NCBI GenBank assembly: GCA_964385615.1
Contig: CAYLPP010000004.1
Location: 108,743 to 172,742, forward strand
Length of the DNA: 64,000 nt
Reading direction: 5' to 3'
Source of the DNA: an uncultured bacterium
GTDB taxonomy: Bacteria > Omnitrophota > Omnitrophia > Omnitrophales > Aquincolibacteriaceae
A program made the translations under genes and the position numbers. Below the pieces are notes generated by a model that saw only the letters and a program-made list of their open reading frames with translations, searched no databases and was not told the origin of the DNA. This document shows, piece after piece, positions 29,245 to 41,500 of the stretch (the stretch's first letter is position 1; each line of letters starts with the position of its first letter).

Positions 29245-30927
29245 ATGGACAGTCAGCAGTTTGAATCCCTGAACCCGCAAGAGCAGGCGAAGATCTTTCA
29301 CCACAGTTCCTTCAAGGAACGGGCGGAACTGATCCGCCATTCCCATGACCCCAGAGCTCTGACCCGCTCGCTTTCGCATGAGGAACTTTACCTCCTGACG
29401 CGGGAAATGGATATTGAAGACCGCAGTGAGATTATCCGCTATGCGACCCTGCCTCAGCTTACCTTTATCGCGGATGTGGACTGCTGGAAGAAAGACCGGA
29501 TTGACTCCGATAATTTCCTGGAATGGATGGAAACTCTTCTTGCTGCCGGAGACTCCGTTCTTTTGAATTGGCTCCTGCAGATGGATTATGAAACCGTTGT
29601 CGCGGGTTTTCAGAAAATCTGTGAAGTGCTGAAGCCTGAAAGAGAATACGCGGCCGACGAAATTCTGGGGGACACGCCCTATTTTACGATTGATGACGTG
29701 TACTATATCGCGGTTCGTGAAGAAAATCTGGCAACCGTCCGCCGGGGCATTCAGCTTCTCTTTGAAAACAACAAGGGCCGTTACTATTCGCTCCTGGAAG
29801 ATATTATTGCCGACATTTCCGACCAGGTGGAAGAAGACGCGTATCAGAACCGCGAGCACCGGCTGGCTTCACGGGGTTTTCCGGATGATGAATCCGCGCG
29901 AAAAATTTACCGGCCGATCACTCAAGAAGAATTTGAAAGTTTCCCGCCCAAGAAAAGCAATTCTGTGAAGGATCCCGCGCAGGCGCCGCGCTACCCGGTT
30001 CTTGCGTCCACGGAACGTCTTTTTCTGGACGATGTTCTTCTTCATATCAGCAAGGAACGCACGGAAGTGCTTGAAGGACTGCATGATGAGCTGGCCTGGA
30101 TTTCCAATAAACTTATTGCCTGCGACGGGATTGATTTTTCATCCGAAGAGAAAGTCCGCAAAGGGATTCAGCGCGCCCGTTATATGGTCAGCCTGGGGCT
30201 GGAACTCCTCTCAAACGGAGACGTTAAAAAAGCTTTGAGAATTCTCGAAGAGAAATGGTGCGAAATTATTTTCCGGTGGGGGATGACGGGCCTTCTTCAG
30301 CTTCGTGAGCGGGTGAATAAGCTGGTCCGTGACGATTGGAAGGGCGATAAACTCCGCCTGCTGGATTTTTTAAAGCCTCCTTATGATCAGACCGCCCAGG
30401 GCCTGCTTCGCCAGGTGCCCCAGTGCTATGACGCCGCTGGAAACAATGCTGTGCCTCTTCGGGATTTTAAATCCTGGCAGGACGTAGAGCGTTCCGCGAA
30501 ATCTTTGGAGCAGATTGAAAAGGCGCATCAGGTTCTGCGCGCGAAATTTCCTGAGGTTTGGAAAATCGAAAATGTTTCCTCTCACGCGGTCTTCGGCACG
30601 CTTTTCGCTGTCTTTTGTTTAAAAGGAAAATTATCACTTTCGCCGCTGGCCCAGGATGAAGTCCCTGTTTTTACGGCCAAGGCTCTTGAGAAAAAGGGCG
30701 GACACGCGAGGGTGAAGCCGGAGCTGAAAGAGCAATTCCTGACAAAACTCTGCGGAGAAGCAGACTCAGGCGCTTTAAGCGTTTTTCTGAGCTTTGTGTT
30801 TGATGATATTGAGGATGAGCTGGGTTCTCTGGATTTTTCAAAAACCGTTGATTCCCGGTTTATTTCGTGTCTTTTAACGAAAACAAAATCCGCCAAGCCG
30901 AGTAAGAAGATGGCTCGAAAATCATGA
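29245..30927 (+). CDS. Hypothetical protein (560 aa), translationally coupled to the TPR and GT2 genes downstream
   Basis: Long ORF with codon usage typical of the window and no motif I can assign. It has a 4-nt overlap with the next gene. Confidence 0.55.
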   Translation: MDSQQFESLNPQEQAKIFHHSSFKERAELIRHSHDPRALTRSLSHEELYLLTREMDIEDRSEIIRYATLPQLTFIADVDCWKKDRIDSDNFLEWMETLLAAGDSVLLNWLLQMDYETVVAGFQKICEVLKPEREYAADEILGDTPYFTIDDVYYIAVREENLATVRRGIQLLFENNKGRYYSLLEDIIADISDQVEEDAYQNREHRLASRGFPDDESARKIYRPITQEEFESFPPKKSNSVKDPAQAPRYPVLASTERLFLDDVLLHISKERTEVLEGLHDELAWISNKLIACDGIDFSSEEKVRKGIQRARYMVSLGLELLSNGDVKKALRILEEKWCEIIFRWGMTGLLQLRERVNKLVRDDWKGDKLRLLDFLKPPYDQTAQGLLRQVPQCYDAAGNNAVPLRDFKSWQDVERSAKSLEQIEKAHQVLRAKFPEVWKIENVSSHAVFGTLFAVFCLKGKLSLSPLAQDEVPVFTAKALEKKGGHARVKPELKEQFLTKLCGEADSGALSVFLSFVFDDIEDELGSLDFSKTVDSRFISCLLTKTKSAKPSKKMARKS

Positions 30928-31304
30928 CTGCGCCTGAAGCCAAAGGTGCCAGGGAAGATACGGCTTTTGAAATTCGTTTCTACGAAGGCATCTTGACCCG
31001 GTCGCCCGATTTTGTGGACGCTCTTTTCCCTTTGGCTGAGCTTTATACCCGCACGGGTCTTTACGAAAAAGGCCTTGAAACTGACCAGAAACTCGCCAAG
31101 CTTTGCCCCCGGGATTCCGGCGTTTTTTATAATCTTGCCTGCAGTTTAGCTTTGACCGGCAGTAAAAATTCCGCCCTGGAGACTCTTGAGAAAGCCGTGG
31201 ATTTGGGCTATTGCGACGGCGATCACATGAAGAATGATCCTGATTTAAAATCTCTGCACGGGGAAGATGCTTTTCAGGCCCTTCTTAAAAGACTTCGGGC
31301 ATGA
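30924..31304 (+). CDS. TPR-repeat protein
   Basis: 126 aa with 34-residue helical-repeat periodicity (..LAELYTRTGLYEKGLE.., ..YNLACSLALTG..). Confidence 0.55.
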   Translation: MTAPEAKGAREDTAFEIRFYEGILTRSPDFVDALFPLAELYTRTGLYEKGLETDQKLAKLCPRDSGVFYNLACSLALTGSKNSALETLEKAVDLGYCDGDHMKNDPDLKSLHGEDAFQALLKRLRA

Positions 31305-32440
31305 TCGAAATTATTTCAGCTCTGGTCTGCCTGATTTGGCTTTTTCAGGCTGAGGATATCGTCCGCGGAATTCTTTTTCGCACACCCGTTCTGAAAGCCG
31401 GGCCCCGGGCTGTTCCTCAACCCGCTCCCAAAATCAGCATTATTTTTTCCGCCCGCAATGAATCCGCGAATGTCCGGCCGGCGCTGGAATCCATGCTGGG
31501 TCTGGATTATCCTGACTACGAAGTGATCGCCGTCAATGACCGCTCTGAGGATGAAACCTACGCGGTTTTAAAATCTTTTCACGACCCCAAACTGCAGGTG
31601 CTGAATATTCTGGAGCTTCCGGAAGGGTGGCTGGGGAAAAATCACGCGCTTTTTGAAGCTTACCGCCACTCTACAGGAAGCTGGCTTCTTTTTACTGACG
31701 CGGACGTTCATTTTCATCGGGACACCCTCAAAGCTTCGGTGGAGATGATTCAGGAAAAAAATCTGGATCATCTGGTGGTTTTTCCTGACATGATCTGCGG
31801 AAAGTGGATTGAAAAAATTTTCTGCTCTGCGTTCATTCTGGCTTTCTTCCGAAGGTTTCGTCCCTGGAAGGCGCTTGACCCTGAATCTGAAAATTTTATC
31901 GGAGTCGGAGCGTTTAATATGGTCCGGCGTGAAACTTACCGGGGTGCCGGAACGCATCAAAAAATCGCAATGGACGTCCTGGATGATATTCATCTCGGCC
32001 GGATGATTAAGGTGTTTGGCGGACGCCAAATGGGTGTTTGCGGGCCGGAACTGGTGAAAGTCCGCTGGGCTGTCGGCTGGGAGGGCGTTCTCAAAAGTCT
32101 GGAGAAAAACGCTTTCGCGGGATTTGATTACAGCGCGCCGCTTTTAGTGCTCGCGACCTTTGCCGGCATTTTGCTGGATGTGCTTCCTTTCCCTGCGCTA
32201 TTTTTTCCGAAAACATTTTTACCCGCGATGGTCGCGGTTTTCTGTATTGCCGCGGCCTATGCCGCGGGCAGTCGAATCAACCGCGGAACCTGGGTTTCAT
32301 TTTTTCTCCATCCTCTTGGAATGCTTCTTATTCTCGCGCTGATGTGGCGTTCCGCCCTCAAAGTCTTAAGTGAAGGGGGCGTGACCTGGAGGGGAACTTT
32401 TTACCCTTTGGACCAGCTCCGGGCTTATAGCAAAAAATAG
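31301..32440 (+). CDS. Family 2 glycosyltransferase with a C-terminal membrane domain
   Basis: GT-A signature (IIFSARNES..YEVIAVNDRSEDET, ..DAD.. DxD) followed by several TM helices. Confidence 0.75.
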   Translation: MIEIISALVCLIWLFQAEDIVRGILFRTPVLKAGPRAVPQPAPKISIIFSARNESANVRPALESMLGLDYPDYEVIAVNDRSEDETYAVLKSFHDPKLQVLNILELPEGWLGKNHALFEAYRHSTGSWLLFTDADVHFHRDTLKASVEMIQEKNLDHLVVFPDMICGKWIEKIFCSAFILAFFRRFRPWKALDPESENFIGVGAFNMVRRETYRGAGTHQKIAMDVLDDIHLGRMIKVFGGRQMGVCGPELVKVRWAVGWEGVLKSLEKNAFAGFDYSAPLLVLATFAGILLDVLPFPALFFPKTFLPAMVAVFCIAAAYAAGSRINRGTWVSFFLHPLGMLLILALMWRSALKVLSEGGVTWRGTFYPLDQLRAYSKK

Positions 32441-32541
32441 CATTTTTGATCGATCCCGCTTAAAAATCTTTTAATCAAATTCCCAGGGTTGTGTATTCAC
32501 AAAAAAACAGGCATTCTTCTATATTCCTCAAATAAAGCCTT

Positions 32542-35500
32542 ATGAAAAGTTATAAAAAACCTAGAGCCTTACGGCTGACTGCGCTTGCGGTTCTACTCTG
32601 CTTTCTTACCTCGCAGGGCGGGCCGGAGGCACGCGCTTTTTCGGCTCCTGAAGGCCCCTCGATCCCTCAAAAATTTGTCCATCTCGAGGAGTCCTTTCAA
32701 GGGACTTCCGGCAAAACTCTTCTATTCATTCAGGATGCCCATGAGTCTCTGGAAGCTCAGGAGAATATCGCGAAAGCGATTCAGTATTTCGTGGGGAGCC
32801 AAGGGGTCAAGACGGTGTATGAAGAGGGGTATGAAGGTGAAGTGCCGACGGATTCCTATTTCGCGTTTATCCATGATCCCAAAATCCGCCGGAGAGTCTC
32901 CTATTTCTTTTTGGATAAGCTTCGTATCGGCGGAGCGGAATTCGCCCATATCAACCGGGAAAAAGATTTTAAACTGATCGGGGCCGACAGCATCAAACTG
33001 CATCTTGAAAATATCGCGCAGTACCAGAAAGCTTCGGCCCGGCAAAAGGAAGTCGCTGAAGATCTGCGCGCGGTTTTAACCGAATTTGAAAAACTGGGTA
33101 ATTCTCATTACTCTGAAAAAATTAAAATCTGGCTGAAACTTCGCGGAAGATTTGATTCGAACCGGCTTCCGCTTCCTGACTACCTCAAAAGAACCGCGGG
33201 CCTTCTGGCGGATACCCGCGCTTACCCGCTTATCTCCCTTTTAATCTCGCCGGGCATTAATCAGGACCGGGAAAAGCTTAAAAAGCTTGAAGCCATGGAC
33301 CCCCGTCAGCTTTTTTCTGAAATTGACCGGATGGAAAATGATTTAGCCCAAAAGGAACTTAAGGGGAAAGAAGAACTGAAAATTTTTCAGTATCAAAAAG
33401 AGATCATGCTCCTGGTGCGGTTGAACAATCTTGAGGTCAGCGCTCCGGAATATGAAACGGCGCAAGCTGTTCTGGAAAAACTTCAGACGCGGGAGCTTGC
33501 GGAATTTATTGCCCGTGAAAGTAAGAGGACTCAGGTTCTATCCCGGGAATGGGAAGAGGAAATCCGGCACGCGCTGGATTTCTATAAAATCGCTAATGCG
33601 CGTGATCGTGAAATTGAAAGGGGAATTGAAGGGTTTCTTAAAAATCCGGATGAAAACACCGCGGTTCTGGTTTTTGGCGGATTTCATAAGAACGCGGTGA
33701 AGTCTTTTCTCAGGAGCAGGAATATTTCTTATCAAATTCTCAGCCCAATTATCAGCGGGGAAGACGCGGTTCACAGGGCTTACTACCGTGAGCTGATGTC
33801 TGAGGGATTTTACGATTTTGAAAAAATCGCTGCCCCCAGCCGGGCCGCAAGACCGCAAACTCTCATGACTTTACCGCAGGCGCGCAGTGAAATCCGGGGT
33901 GTTTACCGGACCGCGCTGGATAAACCGGATCTTGAATATCCTCTTTTTGAAAAAGAAGCCGTCCGCGCCTTCAACTCCCCGGCGGCCCGTTCCGAACTCC
34001 GTAAAATGTTCGCCGTGGAAGATGAAGTTGTCAGAGTCGAGATTGCCCAAACTTCCGGCAAGTATGTTCTGAGCGCTTACAACCTGCGTAAACAGGAAAC
34101 AGAGCCGCGTGTTCGGGTGGAGCTGATTGAGCCTTTATCCGGTGAAGAAGAACCTGCCAGGCTTGTGTTGGGAGATATTGTTGAGTCGCATATCCGCGCG
34201 GATGAGTTTTTAAGAAGGGCTCTTTATGTTTTACTGAAAAAATCCAGCGTGCAAATGGTGGGGTACCTTCCGAAAACCGGATCGGCGGAAGAGATGGACA
34301 AAATTTTCACATGGCTCGAAAAACAACCTGGGATATCGCTGTTAAAAGGAAACTCCGCCACGGTCAAGTACGATGCTGCGGAAGTTCTTATGCCCGGGTA
34401 TTTTATCGGGGAATGGAACCGTATCCGCAGTTCGAAAGATTACGGCGAACAGGTTTCGGATTTTCTGGACAGCCTGCTTTTATTTTATTCCAGCGAAACG
34501 GATAAAAAGCATCTTCATGATTTTCTGCTTTTTCTTCTTCGAGATCCGGATTTTATAATCAGACGCCAGGCCGTCGAATTAATGCTTAGGTACGTAAGAA
34601 TTCCTGTCGACCAGATTTTTCTCCACCTTGAAAATCCTGATTCAGGGCCTTTCAGGGATGACCAGGTTTCTCTCCCGAATCCTCTAAGCTCGGAATTGGC
34701 AACCGCGAATAAACGGCTGGCTCTCCTGGTTTTTCTTTCTCAAATTTCACAAGCCGTAAAAGCTCAGCGCTGGGCTGTAGACGCGTATTATGGGGCTGTC
34801 CTCAGACAGAGGTTTGCCAGTGAACTTGAAACTTCAGCCGGAGACCCTGTTTTTGATATCGCGAATGAAAGCGCGCTGATGGAGTCCATACAGAATGAAC
34901 CTAAAGCCGGCTTGGGGCATGCTGGAAAGATGAGTGCGCTGGAAGTTCTGGTCAGGGAATATTTCCGCTATTTGTACGTGACGGAGGTCCGGAAACAGGC
35001 GGATCCTTTTAAATGGCTCCATGATGATTTGTATGCCATGGTTCCTCAACTGAAGATCCCCAAGACTGAAGCGCTCATTATTCGAATGACTTCGAAGTTC
35101 CGCTCCGAACTCAGGACCGAAAATCCATGGGATGGCCGTGTCCGTGAAGTCCGCCTCAATGCGGACCGTTCCGCGGCTTCCGTGGTATTTGAAGACGGGA
35201 AAACGGTTGAGCTGACAGAAAAATTCGAAGAGGGCGCTTACCATGAATTTTTCGCTTATCATGAAAATGGGCGTAGGCTTCTGCTAAAGGTCATGAAGCC
35301 CGGTTTAGACGGGGACCGGTATGACAAGGGCGTAAAGTCACTGGAAAATGAAGCCCGAATATCTGATATTTTGAGACGCGTCAAGCATATGCAGAACGTA
35401 ACCAATGTTATCTGGCTTGGAACGATCCCCGGTTCCGGCGACGCGCTTTTAATTTCCGGACCCGAAGCTCAAAGCCTAAAAGATTGGCGTGAACGTCTTA

Positions 35501-38500
35501 CGCTTCAGGAACGGGGCGGTGTTTTTCGCCAGTACGTGGAGCAGATTTTTCAGGCCTATTCCGGCCCGGAACGCGAGAGTGTCTCGATCCACGATTTGAA
35601 ACCGGCGAATGGACTGCTCAAAGTCACCCGAAATCCCGACGGCAGTCTCCGCTATACGGTGCATGTGATTGATTTGGAAGCCGGAAAAATGACGGAAGAC
35701 ATTCCTTTCCGTGATATCTGGCGCGGCACCTATCCCTACCTGCCTAACGCGGAGCTGATCGCAATGCTGATGACGGAGCTTGGCCGTCACAAAACTTTGG
35801 GGTTGGTTGGTTTTATGGAATTGCTGATTTTCTTTCAGGATTTTGTTCTGGATGATGACGCTATGAACGGGGGAACCGCGAATGTCGAGAAATTTTTGCG
35901 GCGCAAAGACAAAGCGGTTTTCGAGAATATCGTTAAAAAAATCAGTGATTACGAAAAGTACCGGAAAATCTGGTATTACGAGGAGCATCCCGGCGATCCG
36001 GTTGACCTAAACGCGCTTTTCGCGGATTTGATTGAAAGCTTGCGGGTCATTGAGGGGTTTAAGGTTCGAAAAGTTCTATTTGTGGAGAGCTGGTGGAATT
36101 GGTTCGCGGGTTTCATCTCAATGATCTTTCGTAAACTCCTGGCTCTTTTGCCCAAGAGAACCCGCGCGCTGCCTTTCGAATTTAATGATGCGGAGTCGAC
36201 GCGATTGCCGGCAGCGCCTCCGGCGGATGACGGGATTTCGTCCGAAGCGCCTACCCCCAGACCTGAAACCGCGGGAACGGATACGCTTTCTCAGTTCCGC
36301 CGTTTAATGTTTCTTCTGGAAGCCTTGGGCCCTCAGTTCTCAGAAAGAGATTTCGTCCGAAAGGGAAACCGGACGGTGCGTGAGTTAAGTTCTCTTTACC
36401 TGATCGAAAAAGCGGCGGAATCCAACGACGCTCTTGATGTTTCCATTTACGAACAAGCGGAAAATGATGTCCGGCGCGTTTACGGCTGGCTAAAACGGCC
36501 TGTCGATTCTTACGCTGAAGATACGATCCGTTATATCCGTGAAAAATTTATAACCCCGCGTTCCGAGCTCCGGACGGCCGCGCGGGTGGAGGATAACGGT
36601 GTTAAACTTCGTGAAATTCTAGGACGGCTTATCCGCACGCGCACTTCCGGGGAGGTTGTTATTTTGCCTGGAATCTCCCAGCATCCTGCCGTGATTGATA
36701 AAGACACACTCGAAAAAGATAAAAAAGCCCTGACAGATCTGATTCGTTTGTATCTCAAGCAGGCGATCAGCCTGGGTCCGCCTTCTTCCTATTATCTTCC
36801 TTGGGATATTTTTCCCTTTGAGCGGAACTCCATTGAACTTGAAACCTTAGTGTCTCTCGGCCGTTATCTGGGATTTTGGAAAACGGAGCCTGATCCCGGA
36901 AGCAAATTTCCTTCAGCTGCTATTCTGCGCACTTACCGCACGCGAATTCCTCTAATTGGAGATTTTAATCTGCATGGCGACAGTGTTAAAGAAGGCAGGC
37001 TGGCTGAATTGAACGATCTTGAGCGTCTGGAGATTCTTCACCGTGTTTTTGCTGAAGTGAAGACGGAAATGGAAACGGAAATGCTCCCCGGATATTTTGA
37101 TATGAGCGGGCCTTTGCGTTTCGATTCTTTCAGGGAGATTCCCGGCATTGACGATCTGGAAGATTTTGAAAGGAGAGGCGTTTTGGGGAAAGGTAAAGAA
37201 GCGGCGGTTTTTTCCGCGGGGACGGGCACTCTTCCCGCGCTTCTGGCGGCTTTCACCCGAAGCGGGAAGATTACCGTTTATGAGAAGAATAGTTATTTTT
37301 TGGCAAAGGCCCGCAAGGCGGTAGAGCGGCTGCATCATCTGGGAGTTCTCGATGAAGGGCGCTTTACCTGGGTCAAAGAAGATTGGAGAAATCAAAAAGA
37401 TGATTGGAAAAAATTTGATTTCATCCTTTTACCGCCGGCCGGACAGAGTGAAAGTCCGGCTTCCGAAAAAGAAATTCAGGAATCGGTATCCGCTCAAGCC
37501 GTTGTTTATAAATTCGCCCGATCTGAAGTCAGATCCGTGAGGGCTTTGATTCAGCAAGCGGACCATCTTGAGAGGACCGGCGCTTTAATTCCGGAAGTTT
37601 CATCGCAGTTTGTGAATCGGCATATGGGGCCTTACCGCACCGCGCTCCAATTATTGACTAACCGGATTTTGGCGGAAGATCTTAGTGATGATGCTTTTCT
37701 TGAGCTTTGGACGGAATACCTTAAGGCTCTGAAAACCGCGGATTTGCCTCTCCTCGTGCAAGTTCCGATTCATATCGTTGCCGTGATGCGGATGCATGGC
37801 GCTCAAATGGCGAGCTGGGCGCGTGTCTGGTTTTCAAAACCCAGAAAGGATTGGCGCCGGATCGTTCATGTTTTGTCCGCTGAAGCAGGAGATGAAACGC
37901 TCATGGGAACCTTGCTTCGGCGGGAGATTCTGCCGTTCATGGATTCTTATATGAACGCCCGTAAAAGAGAATGGATGGATGAGAAGACGCCTGAAGACCG
38001 CGCTGCAAGATGGAAATATCATTGGACCCAGGCGGGTGAGAATCCGGGCGTGGAAGCGGTAGAAAAAGCGGGCTCTGATTATCTGGAGGAATTTATTCAA
38101 GGATTGCCGGTTTCTTTCCGCCAGACGGATCCGGGCAAAGACTGGCCTTCGCAGAGTCAGAGTCTTTTGGAAATGCTGAGTCCCGCGGGCGACGGGCTTT
38201 TAAGTCTGATTATTGAAGCTGAGGAAAAGAGCGGATTAGACGCCTCTCAGTTGATTGTGCAGTTTGATGAAAGATTAAATTTCCTTCCGGCGTTCGTGCA
38301 CAAGCTTTTTATGAATGATTTGCTGAAAAAATACAAAGTCTATCTTTTAAAGATTTGGCTGCGTAATCTCCAGGAACAGGCGGGATTTGAATATCAGGCA
38401 GGAGATTATTTCGGGCAAGTGAAAATCACCATAGAAGCCAAGGCAAATGAAGGTGCCGGTTTAAAAGCATATTTTTCGGGAGCTCCGGATTGGAAATTTG

Positions 38501-41500
38501 AGCCGGATGGACGGACTTTAAAATTTCCCGAACTTTCGGGAGTGGAAGATTCGGAAAATCGCCCGGGGATGTTCAAGGCTCCCGGCGTTTTTTGGCAGAT
38601 TTTAGGAGATTTTCAGCTGAAGTTTCTGGAAAAAGACGGGCGCAGAATACTGGTTCCGATCGCTTATCTGGAAGAAGTTCAATCTTCCACAGGTTATAGG
38701 GATATTCGAAATAGAACGGAGCATCTTAAAAGCGCGCGTAAACTGAACCGGGGCCGGACTCTGGCTGTGGACGCTGTCGCGCGCGCGGCCGCGAAAATGG
38801 GGGTTCTTGTTATGGCCCGCGGTCCGGAAACCGCGTCTCTTTTTATCTATAACCGCCGGACACTCGCGCAGATTGATCCGGGAAGCCGGACGGAAATCGA
38901 AATGCACTATGTCTCGCCTTTTTCCAACACGCAGCACTGGAAAAAAGTGGAAGCGCCTTCTTACGCGGGTACGGATTATTATCTGTTCGAAGGCAACCGC
39001 GAGGTTTTAAAACGTCACGGCTGGCCGGAAGACACGATTCAGCAGCTTCTCCGCTCAGAAGTCCGGAGAGATCCCCGCGAAAATATCCGCATGGACTTAA
39101 CTGAAAACTGGCGCCGGTTTCTAAATGGCGAGGCCGCGGATCCTGAAATCGCAGATCAGGTGGAGCGGGCTTTAAAATCGAAACTGGATCATTATCTTTT
39201 GATAACCGCGCTGATACGGCTTCACGTTTCCCAGGCGGTTACGGAAGAACAAATATTTTCGGGGCTCGAAAGGCTGATGGAGTCCGTGAGTACCGAAGGC
39301 AAAGAATATCTTTCCATTCTCGGGATCATTCTGAGTCAGCGGAATTTCGCGGAAGGTTTTGCGGGTTTGAATCCGGAGAGCGGCGCTTTTTATTTCGACT
39401 TGATCGGCATGACGCAGACGGGTGATGTGCTCCCTGAAGTCCGGCCTTTGAATCAGCGCAATGAAGCCGTGGGCGCGCTCTTGAATTTGGATGCTCCGGA
39501 TAAAAAAACGCTCATGGATGGTGTCAGGGACGTCACGGGTGAGAAAGCTTTAACCCCGGAAGATTTAAATCCGCTTACGGATATTGTCCGGATTCAGGCC
39601 GGAGACACTCAGGATGTCTACATGATTTCGGCGCTCCTTAAAGACGGACGCCGGGTTCCTTTTATTTTAATGGCAGCCAGGGGCCGGACCGCGCTTCGTG
39701 CCGTGAGAAGGGAGTTTGAAAATTTTGAACCTTACCGGGATGATGAAAGAGCGGTTCATGTTATTGGCTGGAGTCAAACCGGCAATGAGGCAGGCTACAC
39801 GAGCCGATTTTCCAATACTGAGGAAATTATCTATGTTTCCATGAGCGAACCGGCTCTTCATGGAGAGACACCCGGGAATTTTACCAAAAATTCCGACCTT
39901 CCGCTTCGTGTCGGTGAAATTAGAGGAGCAGAAAGCCTGCGCAAAATTACAGCCGCGTTCGCGTCCGCGATTGTTTATTTTTACAAGGCTGATTTAAAAA
40001 GAAGCGTCCAGTTTATTGTTAGTTCCGCCGGGGATCTTAATTTTTACGATTCCGACTTTCAGCCGATCGCGGAACAGCCGGGGAAATACGAAGTGAAGCC
40101 CGAAGTTGAGAAGCTCCGCACACGGCTGATTGCTTTTCGAGGCTACAATGATGAGGTTGATCCCGCGCATTTGATCGCGGAGCTTTTCGATTTTACTTAT
40201 TTTACTCCCGACAGTTCTGATCTTATGACCGGTCCTGTTCATGATGACGCGATGATCCAGGGTGTTCTTGATGGTCTGGTTCAGGGACTGGAGGATAAAC
40301 TGAAAGACCCGGTTCTCGCGCGTAAGACCGCCATGGAATGGCTTCAAGCCTATCTGAACGCGTTTAGTGATTATGAGAATCCCGTTTTCGGCCCGCCCAT
40401 CAATGTTATCCCTGAAGTCCGCGGGCGGATTGCCCGTCTCCGCCGCGAAGTTAAGCAGGCGGAAAAGCGCTCAGAGCTGAGGGTAAACCCGAAGTCTGAA
40501 GGTCTGGATTTGAATGGTTACGCGTGGCTGAAAGAATTACCCGTGGCGCACTTCAAGGAGCTGAAGGATTTTTTGGAGATGCTTTTCGGCCTGGATCAAA
40601 GCGGGAAACTTTTGGAATTGGAGAAGAGAGAGAGAATTCTCGAGCAGTCAGCGTATTTTTTGCGTTTATTCCAAGACCGCGTTAAATATCCCCGGGGGTT
40701 TGATGAGATTCCCCCGGGTATATTTGCCCATTCCGCCGGAATGTTTTTTATCAGCAATTTATCGTATCTGGGTATTTACAGACAATTGGAATCAGAAGGC
40801 GTGCTTCAGCCGGGTGCGGTTAAAAACCTGATAGAGCTGGGGCCCAGCTTTTGGAATTATTCCTCCGTTCTCCAAAAAGCTTATCCCAACCTTCAGCATG
40901 CTCTGGGGGTGGACAATGATCCCGCCAAAACGGCAGGTTTTCAGCAAGGTGCTGTACAGCTTTTAGGTGTTGACCCTGCCGTTTTTCAGTATGAGATCGC
41001 GGACTTTAAATCGCTTGATCAAAATCAAAAAATCCGGCAGTGGATGGATCAAAACGGAAAATCCGACGTTCTATTTCTTCAAAACCCAGAGCCTCAGAGC
41101 CGTCCGGGTGTTTTCTTTACAGTGCCCGAATACCGCGATTTTTTAGCGCGTGCCGGAAGCCTGCTTGATGAAAAAGGCAAGATGATCGTGGTCATTGATG
41201 AAGACCGTCTCGATCATGACGGAAATCCCGAACTTTTATCCGTCATTCGAGGGCTTGTTTATCAAACTTTAACCGGATTCCGAATTCCTCAGCAGGCTGG
41301 ATTTTTAGGAATGCCGGAACTTCGGAAGGTGAAAATTCTGGCGATTCCTCAGCCGGAACTTGTCCGCTTGGCTCAGCGCTCCGAAATGCGCGCGCTCAAT
41401 TTTACGCCGGTTTACGCGGTGGAGGAGCGGATTGAACTGATTGAAGAAATCCGCAAGCAAAGCGCGCTCAACTCAGAGCCCCCGTTTGTGATTCTTGAAG

